From Octopus sinensis (taxonomy: Eukaryota), in the NCBI RefSeq assembly GCF_006345805.1, contig NC_043002.1:2294001-2358000 (forward strand): a stretch of DNA of 64,000 nt, written 5' to 3'. Below, one piece after another: positions 36,712 to 48,982 of the stretch. A program made the translations under genes and the position numbers. The notes beneath the pieces were generated by a model. It did not search any database and had not been told where the DNA came from. It saw only the letters and a program-made list of their open reading frames with translations. Position 1 is the first letter of the stretch, and each line of letters starts with the position of its first letter.

Positions 36712-37645
36712 TAAGATATGAAAAGGTTCTCGGATTAGTTAAGTTTAATAAAACAATAACTTATGTACCCAAGTTTTGGCATCATCACTTTAGCAATAGT
36801 CACCTTGCGCAGCTATACACCGGCCCCAGCGTTCCTTACACTTTTTCAATCCGACCTGGAAGTTGTTTTTCGTAAGGGAGTCGAGGTCATTCTGCGATTC
36901 GTTCTGGATCTTGGGAACGGTACTTAAGCGGTGACCTTTGTGCTGCATTTTCATGTTGGGGAAGAGACGGCAGTTCGCAGGTGCTAAACCTGGCGAATAG
37001 GGCATGTGTGGAAGCGATGCTATGATGTTTCTGGTGAGAAAGTCACGACTGAGGAGGGATCGGTCCCAGGGGGCATTGTCATTGTGAAAAATTCAATCCT
37101 TCACTCTCAACACGTCCAGTCGCTCTCATCGAATGTCTTCCCTCAAACACTTTAAAATGTTGCAATAAAACTCTCAATTGTGGTCTGGCTTTGGGAAGGG
37201 GGGCGAATTCCCGATGCACAGTACCATATTTCCGGGGATAACACACGTGGCAGGTCTTCCAGATCGCACATCGTCTTCTTAGGGACGCTCTTCCGCTTTT
37301 GAAGCGCCCGTGCCACTCGAAAACATTGTGTACGACTCGTTGCCTCTTGGCTGTAAGCTCTGCCGAAGCATCTTCAATGTTTCTCTAGCAGACTTCCAAA
37401 GTTTAACACGAAATTTCATTCACGTTGGTTTTTTCTTCTTAGCCATGACAAAACTAGCAAACACACGTGATCACAAAATCCACAAATTTCGCAACTTGTG
37501 AAGTGAACATAGTGATGTCACTCAGCACACTGCCTCATGAAGGTCACTGGTAGCTCTTACTCACTGCGCAAGCAATCGTGTACCGCCATCTGTTCTGTTC
37601 TGTGCGCTACAGAACTAGTCTGGGAATTTTTTGATATCACCTCAT
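36712..37645 (-). mobile_element. Internally deleted mariner transposon
   Basis: PYSPGLAPANCRLFPNMK..KGHR..ERWGRCIAAQGDY, with upstream FHNDNAP; degenerate terminal inverted repeats. Confidence 0.85.
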
Positions 37646-37682
37646 ATATACATAAATATATATATATATATATACTATATAT

Positions 37683-37754
<72 letters not shown>

Positions 37755-37879
37755 ATAGAGGGCATTATTACACATAAATGCCTCACACTAGGAGGGACAA
37801 AGTCATTACTACCAAAATTATACTAATCATACCAAATGCAGTTTTTCAAAGCAAGACATTTAAAAAATGAATTTAGTAG

Positions 37880-37931
37880 TCTGTATCACCGTGATTTCAC
37901 ATTCAACTTACGTCTAATGATCGTCAGCAGA
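37880..37931 (-). ncRNA. Type I hammerhead motif, tandem copy 1
   Basis: UCUG CUGACGA U CAUU A GAC GUAA GUU G AAUG U GAAAUCAC G GUGAUA CAGA; GNRA-capped stem II, AUA triplet. Confidence 0.75.
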
Positions 37932-38352
37932 ACTGATCTGAACACATCATAAATAAACTACCAACCTTACGTAGCGAAGACGAACAGACAACTGCTCACT
38001 CCGGCCAAGCACATGGAATGTTTATAAATCATATATCCGGTAAATGCGGGCTTTTTACGAACTGCATGTCGGGTAATGAAAAGTATTTCGGAATAAGTTT
38101 AGCAATTAAGGATAATCTCTTATAAGGGATCTTAACAAGAATTATCGGGTAGCTAGCGTGAAAACCTCATAAAAGAAAAGAATTCGAAAATAATTTTTTT
38201 CTTTTGAACAAATTAATTATATCTATATTGTATAGAGGGCATTATTACACATAAATGCCTCACACTAGGAGGGACAAAGTCATTACTACCAAAATTATAC
38301 TAATCATACCCAAATGCAGTTTTTCAAAGCAAGACATTTAAAAAATGAATTT

Positions 38353-38409
38353 AGTTCTGTATCACCGTGATTTCACTTCAACTTACGTCTAATGATCGTC
38401 AGCAGAACT
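38353..38409 (-). ncRNA. Type I hammerhead motif, tandem copy 2
   Basis: Same motif with a perfect 7-bp stem I AGUUCUG/CAGAACU; 1-nt deletion in stem II. Confidence 0.75.
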
Positions 38410-38751
38410 GATTCTGAACACATCATAAATAAACTACCAACCTTACGTAGCGAAGACGAACAGACAACTGCTCACTCACCGGCCAAGCACATGGAATGTT
38501 TTATAATCATATATCCGGTAAATGGCGGGCTTTTTACGAACTGCATGTCGGGTAATGAAAAGTATTTCGGAATAAGTTTAACAATTAAGTTTAACAATTA
38601 ATAATGCCCTCTATACAATATAGATATAATTAATTTGTTCCAAAAGAAAAAAATTATTTTCGAATTCTTTTCTTTTATGAGGTTTTCACGCTAGCTACCC
38701 GATATTTCTTGTTAAGATCCCTTTAAGAGATTATCCTTAATTGTTAAACTT

Positions 38752-38795
<44 letters not shown>

Positions 38796-39399
38796 TACGT
38801 CATATGCTTTATTAGTTCAAGAGAGAATGAAATAACTTTCTTTTAGAACTTGGAGGGAAATGGTTATAAATATTAGCGCATTAATACTAAGCTAAATGTA
38901 TGTATATGTATGTATTATACATGAATATTAATACACACACATACGTGTGTGTGTGTATGTATGTGTGTCTAAGACAATTCAAATAAATAAGAAGAATATA
39001 TCTACATAGGTTTTATTATCATTATTTGGCTGCATAATATATTAAACAGTTGAAGAAACTAGAGGCAAATGTAAACCACATTGCGAGATCTCCATGCAGC
39101 AGGGACGTATGTCGAACAGGTTTAAGTGGAATCTGTTGTGTAAATGACTGTAATAATATAAACTGCGCAGATGTGTAATTCTCCTTAATTATTTGAATTG
39201 CCTTGGATATACACACTCAGCAGCAGCAGACAGTTTTTAATCCAACGAAGCGAACCCAGGATTTACACATCGGATTAATTACAATGCGATTGTTTTACCT
39301 CGATTAGTCTTAAGTTGTTCCTTGCAGTTCGATGGGGTTAGCCACGACGGGAATTATAATAAAGGTCTTGGACGGTACCTGCTTGGATCTATTATCCTT

Positions 39400-39410
39400 A
39401 TCTATCTACA

Positions 39411-39444
<34 letters not shown>

Positions 39445-39542
39445 CCTATCTATCTATCTATTTATCTGTCCATCTATCTCTCTTTCTATCTATCTATTTA
39501 TATATCTATCAATCTATCTATCTATCTATCTGTCCATCTACC

Positions 39543-39545
<3 letters not shown>
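39400..39545. repeat. (TATC)n microsatellite
   Basis: Direct inspection. Confidence 0.9.
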
Positions 39546-39580
<35 letters not shown>

Positions 39581-40184
39581 CATATACAAAGGATTTAGAT
39601 AATCTACCTATTTATCTCTCCATCTAACAATATATGTATACATATACAAAGGATTTATGTATATACGTATATGTGAATGTATATGTGTGTGTGTGTGGTG
39701 TGCGCGTGTGTGAGTGTGTGAGCGTATGTATATGTGTATGTGTGATTTTTATACGTATGGAGCCTATAGCGGAAACAACTATAAGCCAATGAAGTTCATA
39801 ACATAACCATCGTTTTTCCTGTGTCATCTCTGTCTCCTATTACTGCTCTATACTCATCCAACACTTTGCTCTGAAACGTGTGCGCGCTTGTGTGTGTATG
39901 TGTGTGTGCATGTATGTATGTGTATTTGTATATATACATATATACATATATATATATAATCCAAACTTATTTGGATTATATTTTACACTTTGCTAACTAA
40001 ATCCACACAATGGATTCACCGTTGTGGAACTTGGATTTTCTGTATCTGAAGTTTTTCAATGTCAATCTGGAATCCTGTGGAATAGGAAGCTGGGAGCTTG
40101 GGTGAGTGTTGCATTGGAAATACCTTATGTTTCTACCCGCCCAGGACTTTAATACACATACACACCCACAAATATATGTGTGTG

Positions 40185-40216
<32 letters not shown>

Positions 40217-40292
40217 ATAATATATATATATACATATACGTTTAACTATTTGTTGTGCAAGATTTTTTATGTGAAGTCGTGTGTTGAAACAG

Positions 40293-40602
40293 ATATTGTT
40301 ATATTTCGGAATGGTCATACACACACTAAATAAACATAGACGCACATAGATATATAAGCATGCGCAAATGAAGACATACAATAGAAATACAAAATGACTG
40401 ACGGTTAGTAAGTAGAGACACAAATAAGTAAGAAGAAAACAAAGGACCACTGATGCGGTCACAGGAGTGTGACGAAAGAACTCTGGCCGAAATAAGATTA
40501 AGATTAATGTAAAAAATAAATAACACTGAAGCAAAATAACACCAAATATATAGTGCGTGTGTTTTTATTGGCTAAACTGGCAATATGACCATTCCGAAAT
40601 AT

Positions 40603-40610
<8 letters not shown>
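40293..40610. repeat. (TA)n-embedded insert with a 27-bp inverted repeat (40293-40319 / 40584-40610)
   Basis: atattgttatatttcggaatggtcata versus tatgaccattccgaaatataacaatat. Confidence 0.85.
40447..40486 (+). ncRNA. Hammerhead-like motif (A9C variant)
   Basis: CCA CUGAUGC G GUCACA GGAG UGUGAC GAAAG AA CUC UGG; 6-bp stem II, CUC triplet. Confidence 0.6.
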
Positions 40611-40642
<32 letters not shown>

Positions 40643-40874
40643 GTATGTATGTATGTATATAATAGTAGGGAATATAATTCCACATTTACAGGGAAAAAAA
40701 TCAATTTACCAATTCTAAATCAAATTTCACGATATATATGTATATAATCAAGAGAAATAACCTCTATTAAGCAATTCAATAGTGAAAAACATTATCCATA
40801 TTAAATAGAAAATATTTAAATGTACCATAATAAATAGTGTTTAAAAAATCAATAAATTAAATAAACATTAAATT

Positions 40875-40972
40875 GCCTACGCATGTTTCCTGATTATATC
40901 TTTAAATCGATACTAATAAAATCGATACTATTAAAATTAATTCGATTTAAAAATATAGCTACTCTTCAGGTC
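40875..40972 (-). ncRNA. Degenerate hammerhead-like motif with long AU-rich stem II
   Basis: GAC CUGAAGA GUAGC UAUAUUUUUAAAUCGA...UCGAUUUAAAGAUAUA AUCAG GAAAC AUGC GUA GGC; base of stem II and stem I are imperfect. Confidence 0.4.
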
Positions 40973-41129
40973 TAAAGTAATAAAATAAATTTATGTATCT
41001 AACAAATAAACGTATTGGAACAATAAATAATCGAATAAAATTTAACAATATTAATGAAAAATGAAATCATAACTTATCTTATTGAAGAATATAGTAACTA
41101 CATGTAGTTAATATATATATATATATATA

Positions 41130-41335
41130 AACTACATGTAGATTGTTGGCGATTTTTACCTCCGTCTTCCTTTTCTTTTGGACTTGTCTCTGTCTCCTGT
41201 TTCTGGAGAAGAGCTTTGCTCGAAATGTAAAACACCATTTCTTTCCTTCCCGGAGTATCTTATTAATATTTTCCATGTAACACGTCCCCGCGTTCTTGTT
41301 TTATTGTTGTTTTTTCTCCGTTTTTTTATTAACTA
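41130..41335 (+). mobile_element. Penelope-like terminal repeat fragment with hammerhead
   Basis: Homologous to 1463-1642 and 16577-16780. Confidence 0.7.
41199..41233 (+). ncRNA. Minimal hammerhead motif, mutated (A6G, C15.2U)
   Basis: GUUU CUGGAGA A GAGC UUU GCUC GAAAU GUA AAAC; two substitutions relative to 1567-1601. Confidence 0.65.
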
Positions 41336-41353
41336 TATATACATACATACATG

Positions 41354-41405
<52 letters not shown>

Positions 41406-41782
41406 GTTCGTGCTTCAAACCGCGCTTGTTGAAGGACTCTGAACAAAGGTGCACAGATAATTATGCTCGGTTTGCATGTGCAGCTGCAGATTCTCTGTGA
41501 AGCAGAAACACATATGTCGGTCAATTTACTCAACAAAAAGATACTGTATGACAAACTGTAAAATTAAAAGAGAAATTTGATGACGTCCCAATCTCCGTAT
41601 TCTCATAATTATTTAAAATCTACATTCCTAATGATATTCATAATCCAGTGAAGCTGACACGAAGTTAGTCATCGGAAGAATTGCAGCGTTCATCGACGTT
41701 CATTACCACTTGATGTGCGGGCAGCCGTAATCTGGAGTATACCTAAGATCTACCGCGGTAACCGCCTCAATATAACTCACCT

Positions 41783-41828
<46 letters not shown>

Positions 41829-43113
41829 CATATATATATGTGTGTGTGTGTATGTATGTATGTATGTATATATATATGTGTGTATGCATCCATGTAAGTA
41901 TGTATGGATATATATATACATGCACACATGAACACAAATACAAAATGTGTTGCATATTTTCGTACGCATCTGCGTGTTTGTGTGCAGATCGGCAGCCGAC
42001 CAAGCTGCAATAGCAATGTAAATACGAAGCGAGAATTCTTTATAGTTCTTTATTTTCACCATTCTTTATCAAGAGAGTCGATAGTCGACATTATCGATTT
42101 GTGATTTCACTCGTTGTTATCATGAGTGTCAATAATTATTCTGTTCGGGATTAATTTTTGTATTTAATCGCATAAGATTAGCGATGTCTGTGTATCCGAT
42201 AAGATATCTGCTTCTCAAGCAAAAGTCAAGAGTTGCTGTCCGACAGAATGATAAACTCTGCGTCAGAAATACATGAAATATAAGAAAACGAATCAATACA
42301 AGTTATTCTACGATGACAAATCATGTGGTTAATATGAAATAGCCAAGTTCTAGTAGATTGCACCGACCTCACTATATTATTAATGCTTCGATTATTGAAC
42401 CACAAGTCATATTACAGAGTTATTTAGTCCGTTGTCTGACTCTTTCTCCCAGCTTTCTGCTCTTAAAATATGATTCCAATATAAACCTATTCTTTACACA
42501 GATAAATGTGATCATTTTGTGGTAAAGTAGATTAATAGAGTAGATTTAATTAACTGCAGCGTGTAACCGAGATCAGCTCTATGTGTCTCTGGGATTTGAA
42601 AACCAATCAAGTTTATACGAGTTTATTCATCTCGAGTCCGCTTTCCTCTGAACCATTCTGACAAGAGAATTCCCAATGTTTTATTTATGACAGAAGCCAA
42701 GAAAACCCATTCTGGGCGAAAATTCGTGAGAATAAAACTGAGAAAACGTTCTGAGCGAATTTTTATGCTATATTCAGATTGTTAAGATATGAGCTGGTAA
42801 CCCTACTCTCAAAATTACGTTTGCTTATAACTAGATGTAAAGATAATAAGAAATTAGAAAATGCCTCAAGCACAAGATATTTATGAATAATTAGATAATC
42901 TAGGATAGCGGATTAGGGATGCATTAGATAAAATCTCAGAAAAGGAACTACATGACAAAAACAGGGGTTAGAATATCAGATATACCAGTCGCAAGTTACA
43001 AATGATTTCAAACATAGATTATAAAACGAATGAATCAATGGGACAAAATTGGAACTGAAGACATTCAGGAACGTTTAGAATATACAACTATCAGGTAATA
43101 CTTACCACTACTG

Positions 43114-43330
43114 TAAGACGGTGAGCGGGCAGAACCGGTAGCGCGCCGGACAAGATGCTTAGCAGCATTTTGACGTCTTTACGTTCTGAGTTCAAATGCC
43201 GCCGAGGTCGACTTTGCTTTCACCTTTTTGATGGTTGATAAAATATAAGTACCAATTTAGTATTGGGAGTCGATGTAACTGACTTATCCCCTCCTGGAAA
43301 TTACTGGCCTCGTGCCAAAATTTGAAGCCA
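43114..43330 (+). mobile_element. SINE family B
   Basis: Family B head and core. Confidence 0.88.
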
Positions 43331-44115
43331 ACATTTGCCATGGTAGAAATTAGAGGAAGACGATTCTAAAAGTATTATAAGATACTAGTATAGATTTGTT
43401 TGGCAGAAAATACTAAGACCTCACATCGTTTATATCTATACCACGGCCGCCGAAAAACTAAAATTATTCAGACACACTTTACACTTTTGTCGCTTTACTT
43501 TAGGTAATCTTAACATTTCATTCCCCACCAGAGACAAACTTTAAATATTTTTCTACAAATAATAACCATTTCCTAGTAAATAGATTTCGACATTTAGCAA
43601 ACATGCATAGAATGCCATATCGACAAATATTTGACTTTATAGTAAACTTTCATTAATAGAGAATAGAATTGAATATTTTCCCAAACCATTTCAATCGACA
43701 GACCCAGCGATTAACTACGGTTTCTGTAGTGTTCTCAATTAGAGAGAAAGTTAGGGGCAAAACCGACCCTTAAACCTGAGAACTAAGAAGAGAACATTTT
43801 TAATGCGGTAGTAAGAAACTCTAGAGAGAGTTGAACAGCAGGTTTTCGGAGAAGCACCCCGCCACCTCATGTATGGACATTCAGAAAACGATATGGAATA
43901 TTCCAGATTAGAAAACCTTTAAGTTTCAAGTAATGAAACAAAACTTGTTTTAATTGAAAGTCTGAATTCCTAAGACTTTATATTTCACCATTTCCTATTT
44001 TGGAGCATGTCGGAATGCTCACAGTTAATTCCATTGTACAATTCGGTAATACAAAGGAACAGAGATAAGTAATAATTGGAGAAAGACAGTTTTGGCATTA
44101 GAGATGTTTATAATA

Positions 44116-44545
44116 TAGGCGCAGGAGTGGCTGTGTGGCAAGTAGCTTGCTTACCAACCACATGCTTCCCGGTTCAGTCTCACTGTGTGGCACCTTGGGC
44201 AAATGCTTTCTACTATAGCCTCGACCAAAAGCTGGTGAGTGGATTTGATTGATGGAAACTGAAAGTCCGTCGTGTGTATGTGTGTGTATGTTTGTGTGTG
44301 CGTGAGTGTGTGTGTGTGTGCGTGTTTGTACCCGCACCATCGCTTGACAACTGATGTTGGTGTGTTTATGTCCCCGTAAACTAGCTGTTCGGCAAAAAAG
44401 ACCGATAGAATAAATACTAGGCTTACAAAGAATAAGTCCTGGGGTCGATTTGTTTGAGTAAAGGCGGTGCTCCAGTATGGCCGCAGTCAAATGACTGAAA
44501 CAAATAAAAGAATAAAAGAATAAAAGAATAAGAGAATAAGAGAAT
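44116..44545 (+). mobile_element. SINE family A, full length with (AAGAAT)n-type tail
   Basis: Complete head, body and tail, colinear with 227-677. Confidence 0.92.
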
Positions 44546-44741
44546 ACCGTTCAACAGCTGCAACAAGAATCTTCAAATTAAAAAAGAAACAAAACAAAAA
44601 TCACAACAAAACAATTAAAATCGTTAACGGAGTCCATGTCAGCGGTTTTCTTGGAAATTTCATCAATAAGCTTTTCCAACCAATGGATTATAAGGTAAAA
44701 CGTGAGGAGAGCTACAACCTGGCAACATATAGCAATTCATG

Positions 44742-44958
44742 TAAGGCGGCGATGTGGCGAGGTGGCAGATGCGTTCCCGCGCCGGAAAGATGACTTATCA
44801 ACATTTGGTCCGTCCTTACGTTCTGAGTTCAAATGACACAGGGGTCAACTTTGCTTTTCAGGGATTCGGGGTTGATAAGATCACTACAAGTTGAGAACTG
44901 GGGCCGATGTAATCGATTTTCCACCGAAATTGCTGGCCTTGTGCCACTATTTGAAATC
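44742..44958 (+). mobile_element. SINE family B, diverged
   Basis: acgttctgagttcaaat..ggtcaactttgcttttca..ggggttgataa. Confidence 0.8.
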
Positions 44959-46169
44959 ATTATATAGAAATTTGTTTACCGGAATTTCAACTTATCAATC
45001 TTTGATGGAACAAATATGATTTGCAGAAGAAAGAATTCAGTCTTGATTCCTGTTGGCATTCATCCATTTCCTTAGATTATAATAAAACTCTTTTTGTATA
45101 TTGTAAGCTGTGAAAAACAGAGAGTCTGTGACTGTAAACACCCACACATTCCCATCTGTGAAGAAATTGTTTAATATTCTTTCTGCCAGATGGAAAGTAG
45201 ATTCGTTTTTTAATTATTAACGTCTTCAATGAAGAATAAACAAAGCTGAATATTTATGCTAATGCTATTTCGCTATAATTTCCTGTTATGTTTTGGACTT
45301 ATCTTTGGTAAACGGCTTCAATAATATTGCTCAGCCGCAGCCCTCGATAAATAGATTGCACTTTCTCTCTCTCTCCCTCTCCCCCTCTCTCTTCCCCTCT
45401 CGCTGCCCCTCTCTCTCTCCCTCTTTCCCTGTCTCTCTTCCTCTCTCTCTATTTCCCCCTCTCGCTCCCTCTATCTCTCTCTCTCCTTCTCTCCAGAACT
45501 TATCCGCTCATCTATTTTCGCGATCTCTGTTCAGTTGAGAAGAAAACAGATTGCGCTCTCGTTACAATGCATTATTCGTCCAATTCCATGCGGACTCTAA
45601 ATTAACTGATCTGTACAAAGGCTAAGTGTGAGGTAAGGTGGAGCCGTGTTAAAGTGTTGCCTTTCATCGCTTGTCTAGTACCAAGATGTCAAGTGGTGCA
45701 GGGATAATATGAAATAAACAACGCAACACAGCTGACATATCATATGTTTACAACATGTGGAGAGAAGCTGGACTGTTGTAGAAGTAGATCTACGCTGATA
45801 TGTTTAACAGTAGCAGTCTGTGAAGAAAACTCGGCTCGTCTGGTAATGTTCTTCGTTTGACTGACGGGTGAAATACGAGAAATGACGCTTGTGCTGAGAG
45901 TAAGATTTAGTTGACATTCTAACGGCCAGCGCTCTGATACAAGCCCAGAATTAAATACATAATATATTTTAAGCAAAATATATTTACTACAATCGGAGCT
46001 TGACATTGTAATGTTCCGATATATGGGAATCCCGAATATAAACAGAATGGTACACAATGTAGGAAAATGTACACACGCTTATAACATCGTTACTGTGTAA
46101 CTCCGAAAGTCAGGCATGATAGAGAATATAGGTGTGTGTGTGTGTGTGTGTAAGTGTATGGCGGTTTAT

Positions 46170-46675
46170 AAGCATATATACCCCACCCCACTATCATTCC
46201 CCACTCTTACATACCCAACTCCTACCTCACCCTCACCCACATCCCAAAACCACCATACCACACCACACCACATCAAACCACCCCGCACACACTAGCACTG
46301 ATCACCCACACACCTACACATGCACACACGCACACGTCAAGGTCACCAGCTCCCATCCACACACATATACACACTCTCACATACACACGCACGCGCACCT
46401 TCGTTTCGGGATCACCACTACTTTATTATCTCCCCTTATTCTTAGCTCTCCTGTCTGACCACCTGTGTCCTGCATTCGCCATGCTAGATCGCTAGCCACT
46501 AAACCTTTTTATTTTTATTTTCTCTCCTTGTGTATTTCTGTGTCCCTTTCTGTTGAAGAGCGTAGGCTCGAAACGTAAAAGACTTTCTCACTTCCCGAGC
46601 GTTAAACTAATAGATCTGTTTGTTGCTTACACCACCTGTCTTCGTCTTTTGTTGTTGTTTTTTGTAAATTCCAAC

Positions 46676-46680
<5 letters not shown>
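46170..46680 (+). mobile_element. Penelope-like terminal repeat with hammerhead, ending in (TA)n
   Basis: Homologous to 12236-12682 (minus) and 1299-1420. Confidence 0.7.
46546..46581 (+). ncRNA. Minimal hammerhead motif, A6U variant
   Basis: CUUU CUGUUGA A GAGC GUAG GCUC GAAAC GUA AAAG; stem I closing pair is C-G versus G-C in 1567-1601. Confidence 0.65.
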
Positions 46681-46744
<64 letters not shown>

Positions 46745-46745
<1 letters not shown>

Positions 46746-47520
46746 CAGGGCGTGATAGAAAATTGTCACCATTTTATATTTTTATATTTCGCGCATGAGC
46801 ATTGTTGCTTTTGATTTTGTTGACTACACAGTATAGTAGGGCCAGTTGGGTCTCGTCTGTAAAAAAACAGCACCATGACGCAATTCCCTCTGCCAGAAAT
46901 TTAGAAACTACATGCTGTATTGCTTAGCATTTACGCCAGAGGCTCCAATAGGAACATTTCAGTGTTTGACAGTGCAATCTGAGGACATGGACCGAGGATA
47001 ATAAAAATCAAACAGCCAACCAACATCATGGTGTTTGGAGTGATCAGTAGTGGTGGCGACGTTATGCCTCCATTCATCTTCCCACACGGCCTCAGACTCA
47101 ACACGGAGGCCTACATCAAGTGCCTGGAGGAGGTAGTGCTGCCCTGGGTGAAGAGGGTGTCTGCTGGAATACCCTATGTCTGGCAACAGGACTCTGCACC
47201 ATGTCACACAAGCAGGAGAACCCAGTCATGGCTGTGAGACAATTTCTGCGACCACATCACCCCTAACTCCCCAGACTGCAACTCCCTTGATTGTTATGTG
47301 TGGGGCGCAGTTGAGCGAGAGACCAACAAAACTCCTTGTAACACCAAAGATGAACTGAAGGCAAGGTTTATGGCAGCACTCGCCAACTTAAACAAGGAGA
47401 CCATCCAGAAGAGCTGCAGGCGATTCCGAAGACGTCTGGAGGCCGTGGTTGAAACTAATTTTATTGAATAAATTTACTCTTGTATTCCAAGAGATATTTA
47501 TGTAATTTCGGTAAATATAT
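46745..47520 (+). mobile_element. Tc1/mariner-superfamily (maT/DD37D-like) transposase remnant
   Basis: MVFGVISSGG..PPFIF..YIKCLEEVVLPW..YVWQQDSAPCHTS, then PNSPDCNSLDCYVWGAVE; begins cagggcgtga. Confidence 0.85.
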
Positions 47521-47593
47521 AGGGAAGTTATTTCCGAGTCCACGGGGAAGAGCACTTCAATTTAGTGGTACTAAAATGAATTACTCACTGTCT

Positions 47594-47915
47594 TATATAC
47601 ATATAAATAGATAGTTCTAAGAGACAGAATCACCCTCAAGCAACTCAATCATCATTGAACGACATTATCCACGATAGGTACATATAGGACTAAATATTAA
47701 AATTATCAAAATTAATATATACAATTCTTATTCTAAATCATATACATTGTATATAATGTAAAGTATATGATTTGGAATAAGAATTGAATGTATTAATTTT
47801 GATAATTTTTAATATTTAGTCCTATATGTACCTATCGTGGATAATGTCGTTCAATGATGATTGAGTTGCTTGAGGGTGAGTCTGTCTCTTAAACCTATCT
47901 ATATATGTGTATATA
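47594..47915. repeat. Long near-perfect palindrome, ~152-bp arms with 17-nt spacer
   Basis: 47594-47745 is the reverse complement of 47763-47915 with few mismatches. Confidence 0.92.
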
Positions 47916-47919
47916 TATA

Positions 47920-48454
47920 CGAGCAAAATGCCCCCCGTCCAATGGACGGTGCTGAATCATATCTGCTGAATAAAAAGCAATCAGTGTTTTCTTTTCATTA
48001 AAAAATAATTAAGCATGCCTTTATTTCAATAAAAATTTTTGGTTTTGATAAACGAAGTTAAAGCAAAAAAATACTTCTTGAGAAACCGAATAGTCTTTCC
48101 TTTCTTCATGCCAAGTTTGAAGAAAATATCTCTTTTGCATCTTACTTTTTTGGTCTCTTAAATATACTGCATTTTGTGGCATTATTTCAAGCCAGCTGGC
48201 TTTTTTTGCGCAAACTGCACGTGCATTTTTCTCGCGTACGCGTAGTATCGATCACAACAGCTGATGTACTTGCGCGTACAAATGCACGTTCCAACGGCTT
48301 TATCGGTCGCATTCTCACCTGGAATCGATTTTTGTAATTTTTTCAAGACTTATACACGCACTGATACCGTCGATATCTACATATCAAACTTGAGCGCAAT
48401 CGGATGGAGGATGCCCGAGATACTAGAAGACACACACACACACAGAACGGATTT

Positions 48455-48465
<11 letters not shown>
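47920..48465 (-). mobile_element. Non-autonomous Helitron-like element
   Basis: Minus-strand 3' hairpin CCGTCC-ATT-GGACGG (47935-47949) 11 nt before CTCG-T (CTAG-like); 5' end tataatataaaatccgttctgtgtgtg is typical of non-autonomous Helitrons. Confidence 0.65.
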
Positions 48466-48501
<36 letters not shown>

Positions 48502-48753
48502 ATATGAACAAGCCATGGGATAGTCTATACGCGACCATCTTGTTTGTAAAGTTATTTAGGACGGCATCATTAGGAACACATCCGTTATTGTGAAGGCAGT
48601 GGGGCATGATTTGAGGATGACTTGGCTGTTGTTTCTAGCAGATGAAATATTCGCAGAATTGCTCCGCCGAACCCTAACAGTTGGTGCCTCTTCTCATCAT
48701 TTATTATTGGTGCTGTGCAATGAAATAGTTTAGCGTTGAAGAGAATAGTGCAG

Positions 48754-48780
48754 TGATGATGACGACGACGACGATGATGT

Positions 48781-48848
<68 letters not shown>

Positions 48849-48869
48849 CGACGACGACGACGATGATGT

Positions 48870-48942
<73 letters not shown>

Positions 48943-48949
48943 AATAATA

Positions 48950-48982
<33 letters not shown>

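Larger units (their letters stand above)
37751..38752 (-). mobile_element. Tandem ~477-bp non-coding unit (1.75 copies) plus inverted partial copy, within (TA)n; Penelope pLTR / retrozyme-like
   Basis: Unit 1 37751-38227, unit 2 38228-~38590; 38600-38752 is the reverse complement of ~38094-38247; each unit has an HHR. Confidence 0.85.

Noticed and set aside
42500-44050. Coding-like purine-rich sequence, possibly an ancient L1/Tx1 remnant
   Set aside because: Stops in all frames and no diagnostic motif I could confirm.
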